Shown here in pieces: positions 18,700 to 26,336 of a DNA stretch of 32,000 nt. The notes under the pieces were generated by a model, which saw only the letters and a list, made by a program, of their open reading frames with translations, ran no database searches and was not told where the DNA came from. This DNA is from Sulfolobus acidocaldarius DSM 639. Lineage in GTDB: Archaea > Thermoproteota > Thermoprotei_A > Sulfolobales > Sulfolobaceae. The stretch is from contig NC_007181.1 in the NCBI RefSeq assembly GCF_000012285.1, positions 270,001-302,000 of the forward strand, given 5' to 3'. The stretch's first letter is position 1. The number at the start of each line of letters is the position of its first letter. A program made the translations under genes and the position numbers.

Positions 18700-20034
18700 A
18701 TGGAATATGATGTAGTGGTAGTAGGAGGAGGAACTGCAGGATATATTGCAGGAAGTATATTAGCAAGGAAAGGTAAAAAGGTACTGGTAACGGAGAGGGA
18801 AAGATTTGGAGGAGTTTGCGTAAATTACGGCTGTGTCCCAAGTATATTTTTTTATGATGTAACCTATTTTCTAAACAGAGGAAAGGAAATAGGAAATTAT
18901 CTTGGTATCGAGATAGAGACAAAGGAAAGCAAAAGATTTTTCCTAAGGAGAGACGAGCTTGTTTCTTACCTATCAGACGCAGGTAAAAGGCTGATAGAAA
19001 ATGCAGGTGGAGACACTGAGATTGGTGAAACAAGGATATTAACAAATAATAGGGTTAAAGTAAATGGTAAGGAAATTGACTTTAAGAGAATAATTATAGC
19101 CTCTGGTACAAAACCATTGAAACCTGAAATACAGGGTATAGAGAATGCAATAAGTGAAGATGAAGCAGTCAGACTGAACTATATACCTAGTTCTGTAGTT
19201 ATAATTGGTGGAGGATTTGCAGGCATAGAGTTAGCCCAATACTTTTCTCGACTAAACTCGAATGTCACATTAATCACCAGAGGAAAAATCCTCAGGACAT
19301 TTCCTGAAGATGCAGTTAACTTTTTGAGACAGTCTTTAGAATTTGACGGTGTAAAGTTAATTGAAAACACAAGAGTCACTAATATCTCGAAAAGGATAGT
19401 TGAAACAAATAAGGGAAATTTTGAGGGAGAAGTTGTAGTGTATGCGACGGGGAGAGAACCAGATTTACCAAAGGGAATTGAGAATATTAAAGTAATCACA
19501 GGTAAAAACGGAGTAATAACCAATGAAAGGCTTAGGGCTGGAGAAAATGTTTATGCAGTAGGAGACGTGGTAGATAAAGCGAATAAGACTGCGCATTCAG
19601 CCATGCTTGATGCCATCATATGCTCTATGGATATTCTTGGTATAGCTCATGCTAACGTAAAAGGTATTAAAATACCCAGAGTGCTTTACACAGACCCTCA
19701 AATAGGTGTCATAGGTGATATAAATGACGCAGTGAAGTTCGGATATTTCCCATTTAATGCATCAACCAGAGCGATAATTAGTGGAAACAGAGAAGGATAT
19801 GTGAAGATAGGAATAAACGAGAAAAATGAGATAGTTTTTGGGGAGGTCATTGGAGAAAAGGCAGAGGAGTTGATAAATATATTAACGTTGGCTGTGAACA
19901 GTAAAATGACCGTGGAACAACTTTCACTAATTCCCTTCGTTCATCCTTCTTTATCTGAAGCCATATTAAATTCAGCAAAGAGTTTTTTTGACCTAGACGT
20001 TGATAGATATAAGGAGAATAATGACTTTAAATGA
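18700..20034 (+). CDS. class I pyridine nucleotide-disulfide oxidoreductase (dihydrolipoamide dehydrogenase / glutathione reductase family)
   Basis: 444 aa. It has an FAD fold (YDVVVVGGGTAGY), the redox-active disulfide GGVCVNYGCVPS (Cys40/Cys45), a second dinucleotide fold (VVIIGGGFAGIE) and the C-terminal His-Glu motif FVHPSLSEA. The strand after the second fold reads VTLITRGKILRTF (R-x4-R, as in glutathione reductase) rather than the DLD-type acidic residue. It starts 6 nt after the dsrE2 stop. Confidence 0.8.
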   Translation: MEYDVVVVGGGTAGYIAGSILARKGKKVLVTERERFGGVCVNYGCVPSIFFYDVTYFLNRGKEIGNYLGIEIETKESKRFFLRRDELVSYLSDAGKRLIENAGGDTEIGETRILTNNRVKVNGKEIDFKRIIIASGTKPLKPEIQGIENAISEDEAVRLNYIPSSVVIIGGGFAGIELAQYFSRLNSNVTLITRGKILRTFPEDAVNFLRQSLEFDGVKLIENTRVTNISKRIVETNKGNFEGEVVVYATGREPDLPKGIENIKVITGKNGVITNERLRAGENVYAVGDVVDKANKTAHSAMLDAIICSMDILGIAHANVKGIKIPRVLYTDPQIGVIGDINDAVKFGYFPFNASTRAIISGNREGYVKIGINEKNEIVFGEVIGEKAEELINILTLAVNSKMTVEQLSLIPFVHPSLSEAILNSAKSFFDLDVDRYKENNDFK

Positions 20035-20362
20035 TTATATTAGAAAAAGAGGGCTCTCATTAGTCACAGACGGTAACACAAAGAAGATCCTTCTTGACGA
20101 TTATGAAATAAGAATAGAAGAGAGAAGAGTTATATTGCCTATACCCTTACCAACTGGAAAAGAGACTCTAGACGATCTCTTATCCATGGGAATAAAATAC
20201 GCTAGAGCCTCAAGAATATCTCAATTACTAGGCTCACCTTTGGAGTACTCAATTGAAGGAAATACTGTGTTTGTCATAAAGAAGTTTGAAAGCGAGAAGA
20301 GTCTTGAAGATTCACTTATTAAGGCATTAGACGGAATAGAGGGATTGAGGTACTTCTTATGA
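20021..20362 (+). CDS. hypothetical protein
   Basis: 113 aa from the ATG at 20021, which is preceded by aaggag; the track ORF starts at a TTG at 20000. It overlaps the 3' end of the upstream reductase gene and is ATGA-coupled to the downstream thioredoxin-fold gene. No recognisable motifs. Confidence 0.4.
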   Translation: MTLNDYIRKRGLSLVTDGNTKKILLDDYEIRIEERRVILPIPLPTGKETLDDLLSMGIKYARASRISQLLGSPLEYSIEGNTVFVIKKFESEKSLEDSLIKALDGIEGLRYFL

Positions 20363-20910
20363 GTTACGATAATATAATTAGAGAATACACAAGGGCAATT
20401 AAATCAAATATCACAATATATTATTGTGACGGAGAGGAGTTAATCAACTATCTGAAGGATGTGGTAGTAACTAAGCAATTGGAGGAGTGCCAAAAGCCTC
20501 TCATTAAGGTTCAAAAGGACAATAGAACATACTTTACTTATTATGGTATACCCACCGCCAATGAGTTATGGCCCTTTTTAAATGCACTAGCGAGAATATC
20601 TAATGATATAGTTCAACTCGACCAAAAGGAGATTGAATTAGCAAAAGGGATTAGAGGAAATATTAAACTATTTGTAACTCCAGATTGTACTAAATGCCCA
20701 ATAACCGCAGAATTTCTTTACCAGTTAGTTCAGATTAATCCAGACGTAACCCTAGAGATCTTTGACGTAACCGAGTATGAATACGAGAAGGAAAAATACA
20801 GGGTCTTAAGTGTACCAAAGATTGTATTCAACGAGAGGACTGAGATTCCTGGAGGGTTTCCTAGTACTATCATCCTCAAGATGATGATAAAAGCTCTTGA
20901 GAAGACATAA
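20359..20910 (+). CDS. thioredoxin-fold protein, PDO/glutaredoxin-like, single C-terminal CxxC (CTKC)
   Basis: 183 aa. The C-terminal half (IKLFVTPDCTKCPITAEFL ... LSVPKIVFN ... IPGGFP) resembles a thioredoxin-like domain. The N-terminal half is of similar length without CxxC, recalling the two-unit architecture of archaeal protein disulfide oxidoreductases. TGAGGT precedes the ATG. Confidence 0.6.
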   Translation: MSYDNIIREYTRAIKSNITIYYCDGEELINYLKDVVVTKQLEECQKPLIKVQKDNRTYFTYYGIPTANELWPFLNALARISNDIVQLDQKEIELAKGIRGNIKLFVTPDCTKCPITAEFLYQLVQINPDVTLEIFDVTEYEYEKEKYRVLSVPKIVFNERTEIPGGFPSTIILKMMIKALEKT

Positions 20911-21247
20911 CCCTTACCCCAAGATCTAACGCTTTCTTTTTAACGTCATCATTATCAGTTACAAGAAGGGCATTTAGCTCTACAGCAACCATTATCGCCT
21001 CGGACTCATAATCTGGTATACCTTCAATCTTAGGTGGTTTATGTGAAAAGGATCTCACTATTGCACCGTTATCCAATGCAATGTCTATGTTTACATGATT
21101 TCTCAACGCAAATGAAACTCCTAAAGTAGTGATTATTAGTTTATTTTCCCTGCCAAGGGACTTAAGGATTTCTTCTAATTTCTGAAAGGAGCTAGGTGAT
21201 ATAACTACATACATATATACTATATTCTCTAAGTGGGATTTATACAT
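20876..21247 (-). CDS. hypothetical protein, weak PIN-like (DUF3368/COG2405-like) resemblance
   Basis: 123 aa; the start could instead be the internal Met at 21214. The C-terminal segment YESEAIMVAVELNALLVTDNDDVKKKALDLGVRV resembles PIN-like nucleic-acid-binding proteins, but the N-terminal acidic residue is not evident. It is the last gene in the slpl-lipS operon direction. Confidence 0.3.
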   Translation of the reverse strand: MYKSHLENIVYMYVVISPSSFQKLEEILKSLGRENKLIITTLGVSFALRNHVNIDIALDNGAIVRSFSHKPPKIEGIPDYESEAIMVAVELNALLVTDNDDVKKKALDLGVRVMSSQELLSSS

Positions 21248-21258
21248 TCACTACCTAT

Positions 21259-22092
21259 TTAGTGATTAAAACCTTTAAGAATTACACTTCGCAAGTCTAT
21301 TAAGTCTCCCTCTTCCATCGCTGTTGACGAAAAGAACCTAATATAGGGGAATCCTCCGTAAGATAGTACCACCTCCATGAACGCTTTCCCACAGATTGGT
21401 TTATTTTCCAAAACCTTGAATGACGAATCAAATTCCCAATTTCTTATAAGTCCTCTTTTACCCTCAAAAATAGCGTAATTCTTCCTTTTCCTGTAAATTT
21501 TACCTAGATGTATACCGAAAAGCGATATTGGTTCTTTATAACCACCTATAAGACCACCGTAACAAGCATATGGAATACTGGCATTAAGCAGACCGCCACA
21601 GCATCCCAATCCTCTAAATTTTCCTGCCTGGGCATAATCCTCTATCATAACGTCAAAATAATCTCTAGTCTTAACCTTTATAATTCCTCTTAATGACTCC
21701 CTATACATACTTATTTTAGGGAATGAAATTCTAACGCCCTCGATATGAGCATGAGGAAAATCTCCTCCTGTGTAGGGTGTTAGAATAAATTCGCCTAAAG
21801 GTTGACCCTCTTTCACATATTCTCCCTTTTCTGTGAAGGGTCTTACGTGAAGGATTTTAACCATGTTACCATTGCTTTGCCTTATAAGTATCACGTAATC
21901 ATAGTCCACTTCAGCAAACCTGTTTGGTCTTCCAACTCTAATTTTCTCTGTATCTATCACTTCTCCTTCCACAGGAGAGTAGAAGGTGTGAAAATCTGGA
22001 GAAGAGACATCAATAGCTTTGGCTCTCACATGGGATGGAAAACCGCTAGAGAAAAAACTGACTAGTGAACCAGTAGGAATATACATGGACAT
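21259..22092 (-). CDS. M23/LytM-like (duplicated hybrid motif) domain protein with uncharacterised Cys-rich C-terminal domain
   Basis: 277 aa. The N-terminus reads HVRAKAIDVSSPDFHTFYSPVEGEVID ... KILHVRPFTEKGEYVKEGQPLGEF ... FPHAHIEG, which parallels the M23 pattern H..D / aP.dG.V / H...V.vG..V..Gq.iG / HLHFE. The C-terminal half contains GLGCCGGLLNASIPYACYGG. Its start codon directly abuts the stop of the upstream radical-SAM gene (TAGATG). Confidence 0.5.
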   Translation of the reverse strand: MSMYIPTGSLVSFFSSGFPSHVRAKAIDVSSPDFHTFYSPVEGEVIDTEKIRVGRPNRFAEVDYDYVILIRQSNGNMVKILHVRPFTEKGEYVKEGQPLGEFILTPYTGGDFPHAHIEGVRISFPKISMYRESLRGIIKVKTRDYFDVMIEDYAQAGKFRGLGCCGGLLNASIPYACYGGLIGGYKEPISLFGIHLGKIYRKRKNYAIFEGKRGLIRNWEFDSSFKVLENKPICGKAFMEVVLSYGGFPYIRFFSSTAMEEGDLIDLRSVILKGFNH

Positions 22093-23148
22093 CTAATTCA
22101 ACAATTTTTTGATTAGGACCTCTAGCTTACTCTGTTTTATTGCCTTTCTAGTGACTTCAAGGTCAGGATATAGTGGAATATTCTTCAGTACACCACCAGG
22201 TCTTTCATTTGAGTAAGGTCTGTTACAACCTGGACAACCACTGGTCATAAATGCGGGAGCTAACTCCTCAACAGTGAGATCACTAGGAATTTCTATATCC
22301 ACTAGCTTACCTTCCTCATTAAATTTAAATGAGTCATATTTCACTAAATCATTCTCTATAAGCCATCTGGAAACTTGCATCCTTCGATAAACGTCTATTG
22401 GTACTGGTTTTCTCTTTTCCATAGGAGTACCACTTTCAGGATAAAATGCGAACAGTGATATTTTGGCTCCTCTGGAATGGGCGTACCACATAAGATGTAT
22501 AGCATCCCTTTCAGTTTCTCCTAAACCTACAATCAAGTGAATACCAGCGTTCTTCTTGCCAAAAACCTCTACAGCCTCATCTATTGCCTGAATGTATCTA
22601 TCCCATGAATGCATGCTCCTAACCAGTTTCCCCCTAACCTGGTCAAAAAGTTCCTTATTAGCTGCATCAATTGCCACATCTATCATATTAGCTCCAGCCC
22701 TCTTCATTTCAATCATATGCCTCTTATACGTATAAGTTGCTGTAACTAGTTCTGATATCTGTAATTCTATTCCAGCCTCTCTAATTCTCCTTGTAATCTC
22801 TATGGCATCAGGAGAAGCTCTAGGATGAGCCAACTGACCTACACATATTCTTTGAAGACCGTATCTAATGTCGCCTTGTCTATCCTTTATTCTCTTGATG
22901 ACCTCATCTAAAGGTCTCAAAGGCCATTCTACCCTTATCAATGTCTTACACTCTGGACCCTGTGCGACCTCCCTTGCTTGTCCACAGTAAGAGCAATTTG
23001 CCTTACAACCGTCTGGATAGTATTGGAGTAGGTTAATGGTTGTATTTAGAACGTTGTTAAAAAATACTCCCGGAGAGAATCCTAGGACTATGTCTGCACC
23101 GAAGCTTAATCTCACCCAATCAGGACTTGAAACTAAACGAAGAGTCAT
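22093..23148 (-). CDS. BioB-like radical SAM protein, LipS1/LipS2-type lipoyl synthase component
   Basis: The radical-SAM motif is CKANCSYCGQA, with the BioB-like LIVGLGETERD and C-terminal Cys SGCPGCN. The preferred start is the ATG at 23148 (MTLRLVSS...), which forms an ATGA overlap with the upstream gene; the track ORF extends to 23190. I cannot tell LipS1 from LipS2 by eye. Confidence 0.8.
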   Translation of the reverse strand: MTLRLVSSPDWVRLSFGADIVLGFSPGVFFNNVLNTTINLLQYYPDGCKANCSYCGQAREVAQGPECKTLIRVEWPLRPLDEVIKRIKDRQGDIRYGLQRICVGQLAHPRASPDAIEITRRIREAGIELQISELVTATYTYKRHMIEMKRAGANMIDVAIDAANKELFDQVRGKLVRSMHSWDRYIQAIDEAVEVFGKKNAGIHLIVGLGETERDAIHLMWYAHSRGAKISLFAFYPESGTPMEKRKPVPIDVYRRMQVSRWLIENDLVKYDSFKFNEEGKLVDIEIPSDLTVEELAPAFMTSGCPGCNRPYSNERPGGVLKNIPLYPDLEVTRKAIKQSKLEVLIKKLLN

Positions 23149-24050
23149 GAAACACCACCTGAAATTATATCGAGAACAACATTTCCGCAACAGGCATTAC
23201 TAAGAAAAACTTTTCTCTTTGACATTGCATACTCATATGTTTCCTCCTCAGGGAATGCGATTGCATCTATATCGTAGTCCACAGCAAACGTCTCCACCTT
23301 TACATAATCTTTACCTCGCGGTCGTGCACAGCCCAGGTTTATAGGTATATTACTAAATGTATCCCTAGCAAATCTTAGGGCAGTAATGAGTTCCTCAGGA
23401 GATGGCTGGTTTCCATTGTACATGGGTGTCCCAAGTAATGGCATTAACCCAACAATAATTATGGCGTCCGGTTCAACCTCTTTTAGTAATCTTATAGCCT
23501 CTAAATCACCTTTGATACCTTTTGTACTTAGACCAACTATGACATGAGGCACTATCTTAATTCCAGCCTGTTTAAGATATTTAAAGGAGTTCAGATAATC
23601 GTCTACCGTAAATGGTTGCCTCAGAACTTCTTTAATAGTTGTGTTATCTGAGACCATATCAAGTAAAGCCACCTTAACACCAGCTTCCTTGAGCTTAACT
23701 GCTATATCTTGGCTCCTTACCACCCCGGTATGGGCTATGATTGTAAGCTTATCCGCGTACTTGGAAATAACGTGTCCGTATTTCCATAAAGGAACGTCTC
23801 CTCTGATCGTAGAGCCACCTGAGAGTATTATCCCCTTATCTCCTGCCTTAACAGCTCTTTCTAGTTCCCTTGTGAGCTTCTCTTCACTAGACCCATCTAT
23901 CATAGTCTCTAAAACCCTTCTACCACAATGTTTACAATTAAAGGCACAATATTTACCTGTGACAGAAATGGACTTCCATCCATTACTAGAAGAGATAAAA
24001 TCAGTCTCATACCTTTTCAAATTAGGAGCGTAAATAAACAGTGGTCTCAT
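23145..24050 (-). CDS. radical SAM protein, LipS1/LipS2-type lipoyl synthase component
   Basis: The radical-SAM motif is CAFNCKHCGRR, with extra Cys at NLGCARP and SNACCGN. The preferred start is the ATG at 24050 (MRPLFIYAP...), which forms an ATGA overlap with the ligase gene stop; the track ORF extends to 24122. Confidence 0.8.
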   Translation of the reverse strand: MRPLFIYAPNLKRYETDFISSSNGWKSISVTGKYCAFNCKHCGRRVLETMIDGSSEEKLTRELERAVKAGDKGIILSGGSTIRGDVPLWKYGHVISKYADKLTIIAHTGVVRSQDIAVKLKEAGVKVALLDMVSDNTTIKEVLRQPFTVDDYLNSFKYLKQAGIKIVPHVIVGLSTKGIKGDLEAIRLLKEVEPDAIIIVGLMPLLGTPMYNGNQPSPEELITALRFARDTFSNIPINLGCARPRGKDYVKVETFAVDYDIDAIAFPEEETYEYAMSKRKVFLSNACCGNVVLDIISGGVS

Positions 24051-25081
24051 TTTAACGCCTCCTTCATTAAGTTTATTAGATCTTCTTGCGTAATCCCCAA
24101 TATCTTTACATTCTTGTACCATTCCTTGATCTCATTATCTATATCCTCTACTCTACTCCATTTCAGCCTTGCCTCTAAGTCATAGATTGCAGTCCTAGGT
24201 TCCACAAAGAAGTCTCCTGTAATAAGCACAGACTGAATTAGATTCTCTCCAGCCAATTTAATCTGCACTTTTACTAGACCTCCAGGGAGCTTCCTTTCTA
24301 AATACCTAATGTTGTCACCCTCTAACGGCTTTCTCATACCGAATATCCACTCAGGGGATGAGTACTTCCTAGCCAACCTATTTATGGTCTCAGTTTCTTC
24401 CTTATGGTAAGTAGATTCTTTTAACTCAACTCCCAAGGCTTCAGAAAATCCCTCCTTGGCTATTTTTATTAAGTCCACCATATCTATACTAGAAGTTAAC
24501 TCCTTGTTAATCCATGTTAATCTGTCCTTAAAGTCCTTAGACAGTTTATCCTTTAATTTCTCAGATGTCAACTTAAGCACTGATACCATTGCATCGACAT
24601 CAAAGTCTAAGAGAATTGTACCAGTGACACCCATATATCTTCCCTCCGAGAATGCACCTATCCCAGATATTTTTCTCCCTTTAATTTCTACATCATTTTT
24701 TGGTCTGAAATTTGCACTTATACCTAATTTTCCCAGTGTCCTTATTACACCCTCTGCACCTAGTCTCATGGCATTATCTGGAGTCTCTCCCAGGAGACTT
24801 TTGTCTGCATAAATTTCCCATCCTAATTGCCACGGTCCCATTATTATAGTCCCGCCTCCTGTGGGTCTCCTACCAACATCCCAATTCTTACGGCGCACTT
24901 CCTCTAGATTTACCTCCTGCTCAACTGTTTGATGATATCCTATTAGGACAGCTGGAGGGTCAAATATGACGAACCTGAGCACAGGACTACTTCCAGAGGC
25001 TACAGATAACAGAAGTGCTTCCTCGCCTGCAAGAATATAGTCTTGACTATTTCTTTCGACAATAAATCTGAATTCTCTCAT
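24047..25081 (-). CDS. lipoate-protein ligase, fused LplA+LplB type (sLpl(AB)-like)
   Basis: 344 aa. LplA-family motifs are RRPTGGGTIIMGP and GRKISGIGAF (catalytic Lys context), followed by a C-terminal accessory domain in the same polypeptide. It is the first gene of the operon with the two radical-SAM genes. Confidence 0.85.
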   Translation of the reverse strand: MREFRFIVERNSQDYILAGEEALLLSVASGSSPVLRFVIFDPPAVLIGYHQTVEQEVNLEEVRRKNWDVGRRPTGGGTIIMGPWQLGWEIYADKSLLGETPDNAMRLGAEGVIRTLGKLGISANFRPKNDVEIKGRKISGIGAFSEGRYMGVTGTILLDFDVDAMVSVLKLTSEKLKDKLSKDFKDRLTWINKELTSSIDMVDLIKIAKEGFSEALGVELKESTYHKEETETINRLARKYSSPEWIFGMRKPLEGDNIRYLERKLPGGLVKVQIKLAGENLIQSVLITGDFFVEPRTAIYDLEARLKWSRVEDIDNEIKEWYKNVKILGITQEDLINLMKEALK

Positions 25082-25102
25082 TAATATTTGCTTTAGTTTA
25101 GT

Positions 25103-25113
25103 AAATATAAAAA
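25103..25113 (-). promoter_or_regulatory. TATA-like box for slpl-lipS operon
   Basis: An A/T box (aaatataaaaa on the plus strand) is centred about 27 nt upstream of the ATG at 25081, consistent with a leaderless transcript. Confidence 0.35.
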
Positions 25114-25234
25114 TCTATCCTTAAAATCTTTTCAAAAGAAAAAGTAAGTTGTAAGAAATTATTAAGTTTTTAAGAAATGCGGTTTTACACCAAGTTCAGG
25201 TGAAATTATAAGGGGAATTTGAGATAAAAATACC

Positions 25235-25402
25235 ATGAAAGTGGTTTGCCCTGTGTGTAACAGGCTTTTTGAAGCTGAATGCACACCATATAGACAATCT
25301 CACCAAGAAATTTTATACTATTTTGATACTGAAATATGTATGTTAGCGTTCCTTAAGGAACCAGAGAGATTTGTGTATAAGTGCAGAAAAGAGGAAACCT
25401 AG
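25235..25402 (+). CDS. small YHS/TRASH-like Cys-rich protein (55 aa), not in supplied ORF track
   Basis: Hand translation gives MKVVCPVCNRLFEAECTPYRQSHQEILYYFDTEICMLAFLKEPERFVYKCRKEET. The CPVC start and the YFDTEIC..F..PERF tail resemble YHS/TRASH metal-binding domains. A TATA-like aaattataag lies about 27 nt upstream of the ATG. Confidence 0.4.
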   Translation: MKVVCPVCNRLFEAECTPYRQSHQEILYYFDTEICMLAFLKEPERFVYKCRKEET

Positions 25403-25432
25403 TAAAAATCAAAGATGCCTAACAGTCATAGA

Positions 25433-25783
25433 TCAGTACCATAAACCCCTCTTCATACTATCTAACTTGGTATATAGAGCTATCTGGAGGTATCTAAATA
25501 CCTCAATTGTAAATTTAACTGCAGTGTCTTCATCATAGGAATTTAATTTAGAAATGAGCTCTGTTATCATCCTACTCATATCGTTCATAGTGGTCTTCTC
25601 CATATCGTATTGGTTCAACTGAAGAATCTCGAGTATTTCGCTTTTAGTCTTAGCCTGTTTTAGCCTTTGATATATCTTGATTACGACTCCCTCTTTCTCT
25701 TTTCCAAAAAGAGCATCTTGAGGATTCCTGAGCCATCTAGCATAGGTAGCTGCTAACCTCTTTGCCTCATTCTCTATGGACAT
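25433..25783 (-). CDS. hypothetical protein
   Basis: 116-aa ORF, predicted helical, with no recognisable motif. It lies 19 nt downstream of the 164-aa ORF on the same strand. Confidence 0.4.
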   Translation of the reverse strand: MSIENEAKRLAATYARWLRNPQDALFGKEKEGVVIKIYQRLKQAKTKSEILEILQLNQYDMEKTTMNDMSRMITELISKLNSYDEDTAVKFTIEVFRYLQIALYTKLDSMKRGLWY

Positions 25784-25802
25784 GATTTTATTTTCATCAC
25801 AG

Positions 25803-26297
25803 TTAAATAAAAATTTTCAATCTCTTCAACGAGCCTAGTGCGCTTAGCAGGTCATTTGACATAATAAAAGGGGAATATTTAGAGCAATCATAGTATCTGT
25901 TCACACAAACTACTTTTATCCTTGAATCAAAAAACCTGGCTGAAAGTAAATCTAGGGGCGAAGAACCAATCATAACGACGTCTAAGGGATCCCATTCAGT
26001 TATTTTAAATAAGATCTCAAAAGGCTCCTTCGAAGGCTTCGTTTTTCCAGTATTCGAAACTACATACAATGGGCTTACATTTATCCTCTTAAGCAATTCA
26101 TCTGTTGTGACAGAATCGTAGGGGGATAAAACTGCAAGCTTGTCCTTAACTTGTTCGTACAATGTATGCCAGTCCTCATAAACCTCATAAGTTATAGGTA
26201 AGCTCATAGTACGTTCTCCCTTGTAGACTTTGTATAGGTGATCTGTTAGGTCGATCTTCAGTATTACGCCGTCTAACCAAACTGCAAAATGTACCAT
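25803..26297 (-). CDS. hypothetical protein, weak HAD-like resemblance with nucleophile Asp missing
   Basis: 164 aa. The N-terminal FAVWLDGVIL compares with HAD motif I (FDxDGTL), with the first Asp replaced. The later VVMIGSSPLDLLSA compares with the GDSxxD motif. It is divergent from lbpA across only 39 bp. Confidence 0.35.
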   Translation of the reverse strand: MVHFAVWLDGVILKIDLTDHLYKVYKGERTMSLPITYEVYEDWHTLYEQVKDKLAVLSPYDSVTTDELLKRINVSPLYVVSNTGKTKPSKEPFEILFKITEWDPLDVVMIGSSPLDLLSARFFDSRIKVVCVNRYYDCSKYSPFIMSNDLLSALGSLKRLKIFI

Positions 26298-26336
26298 AGC
26301 TAGGTTTATAAATTATTTTTATGATTTAAAAAGTGT

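Noticed and set aside
20876-20910. 35-nt convergent 3' overlap between the thioredoxin-fold gene and the 123-aa minus-strand ORF as an antisense regulatory feature.
   Set aside because: Short convergent overlaps are common in compact archaeal genomes. The 123-aa ORF is itself weakly supported, and there is no further evidence.
21259-22092. The M23-like protein as a peptidoglycan endopeptidase.
   Set aside because: The inferred host is a Sulfolobales-type archaeon, which is not expected to have murein. No signal peptide or transmembrane segment is evident at the N-terminus. The function is left open.
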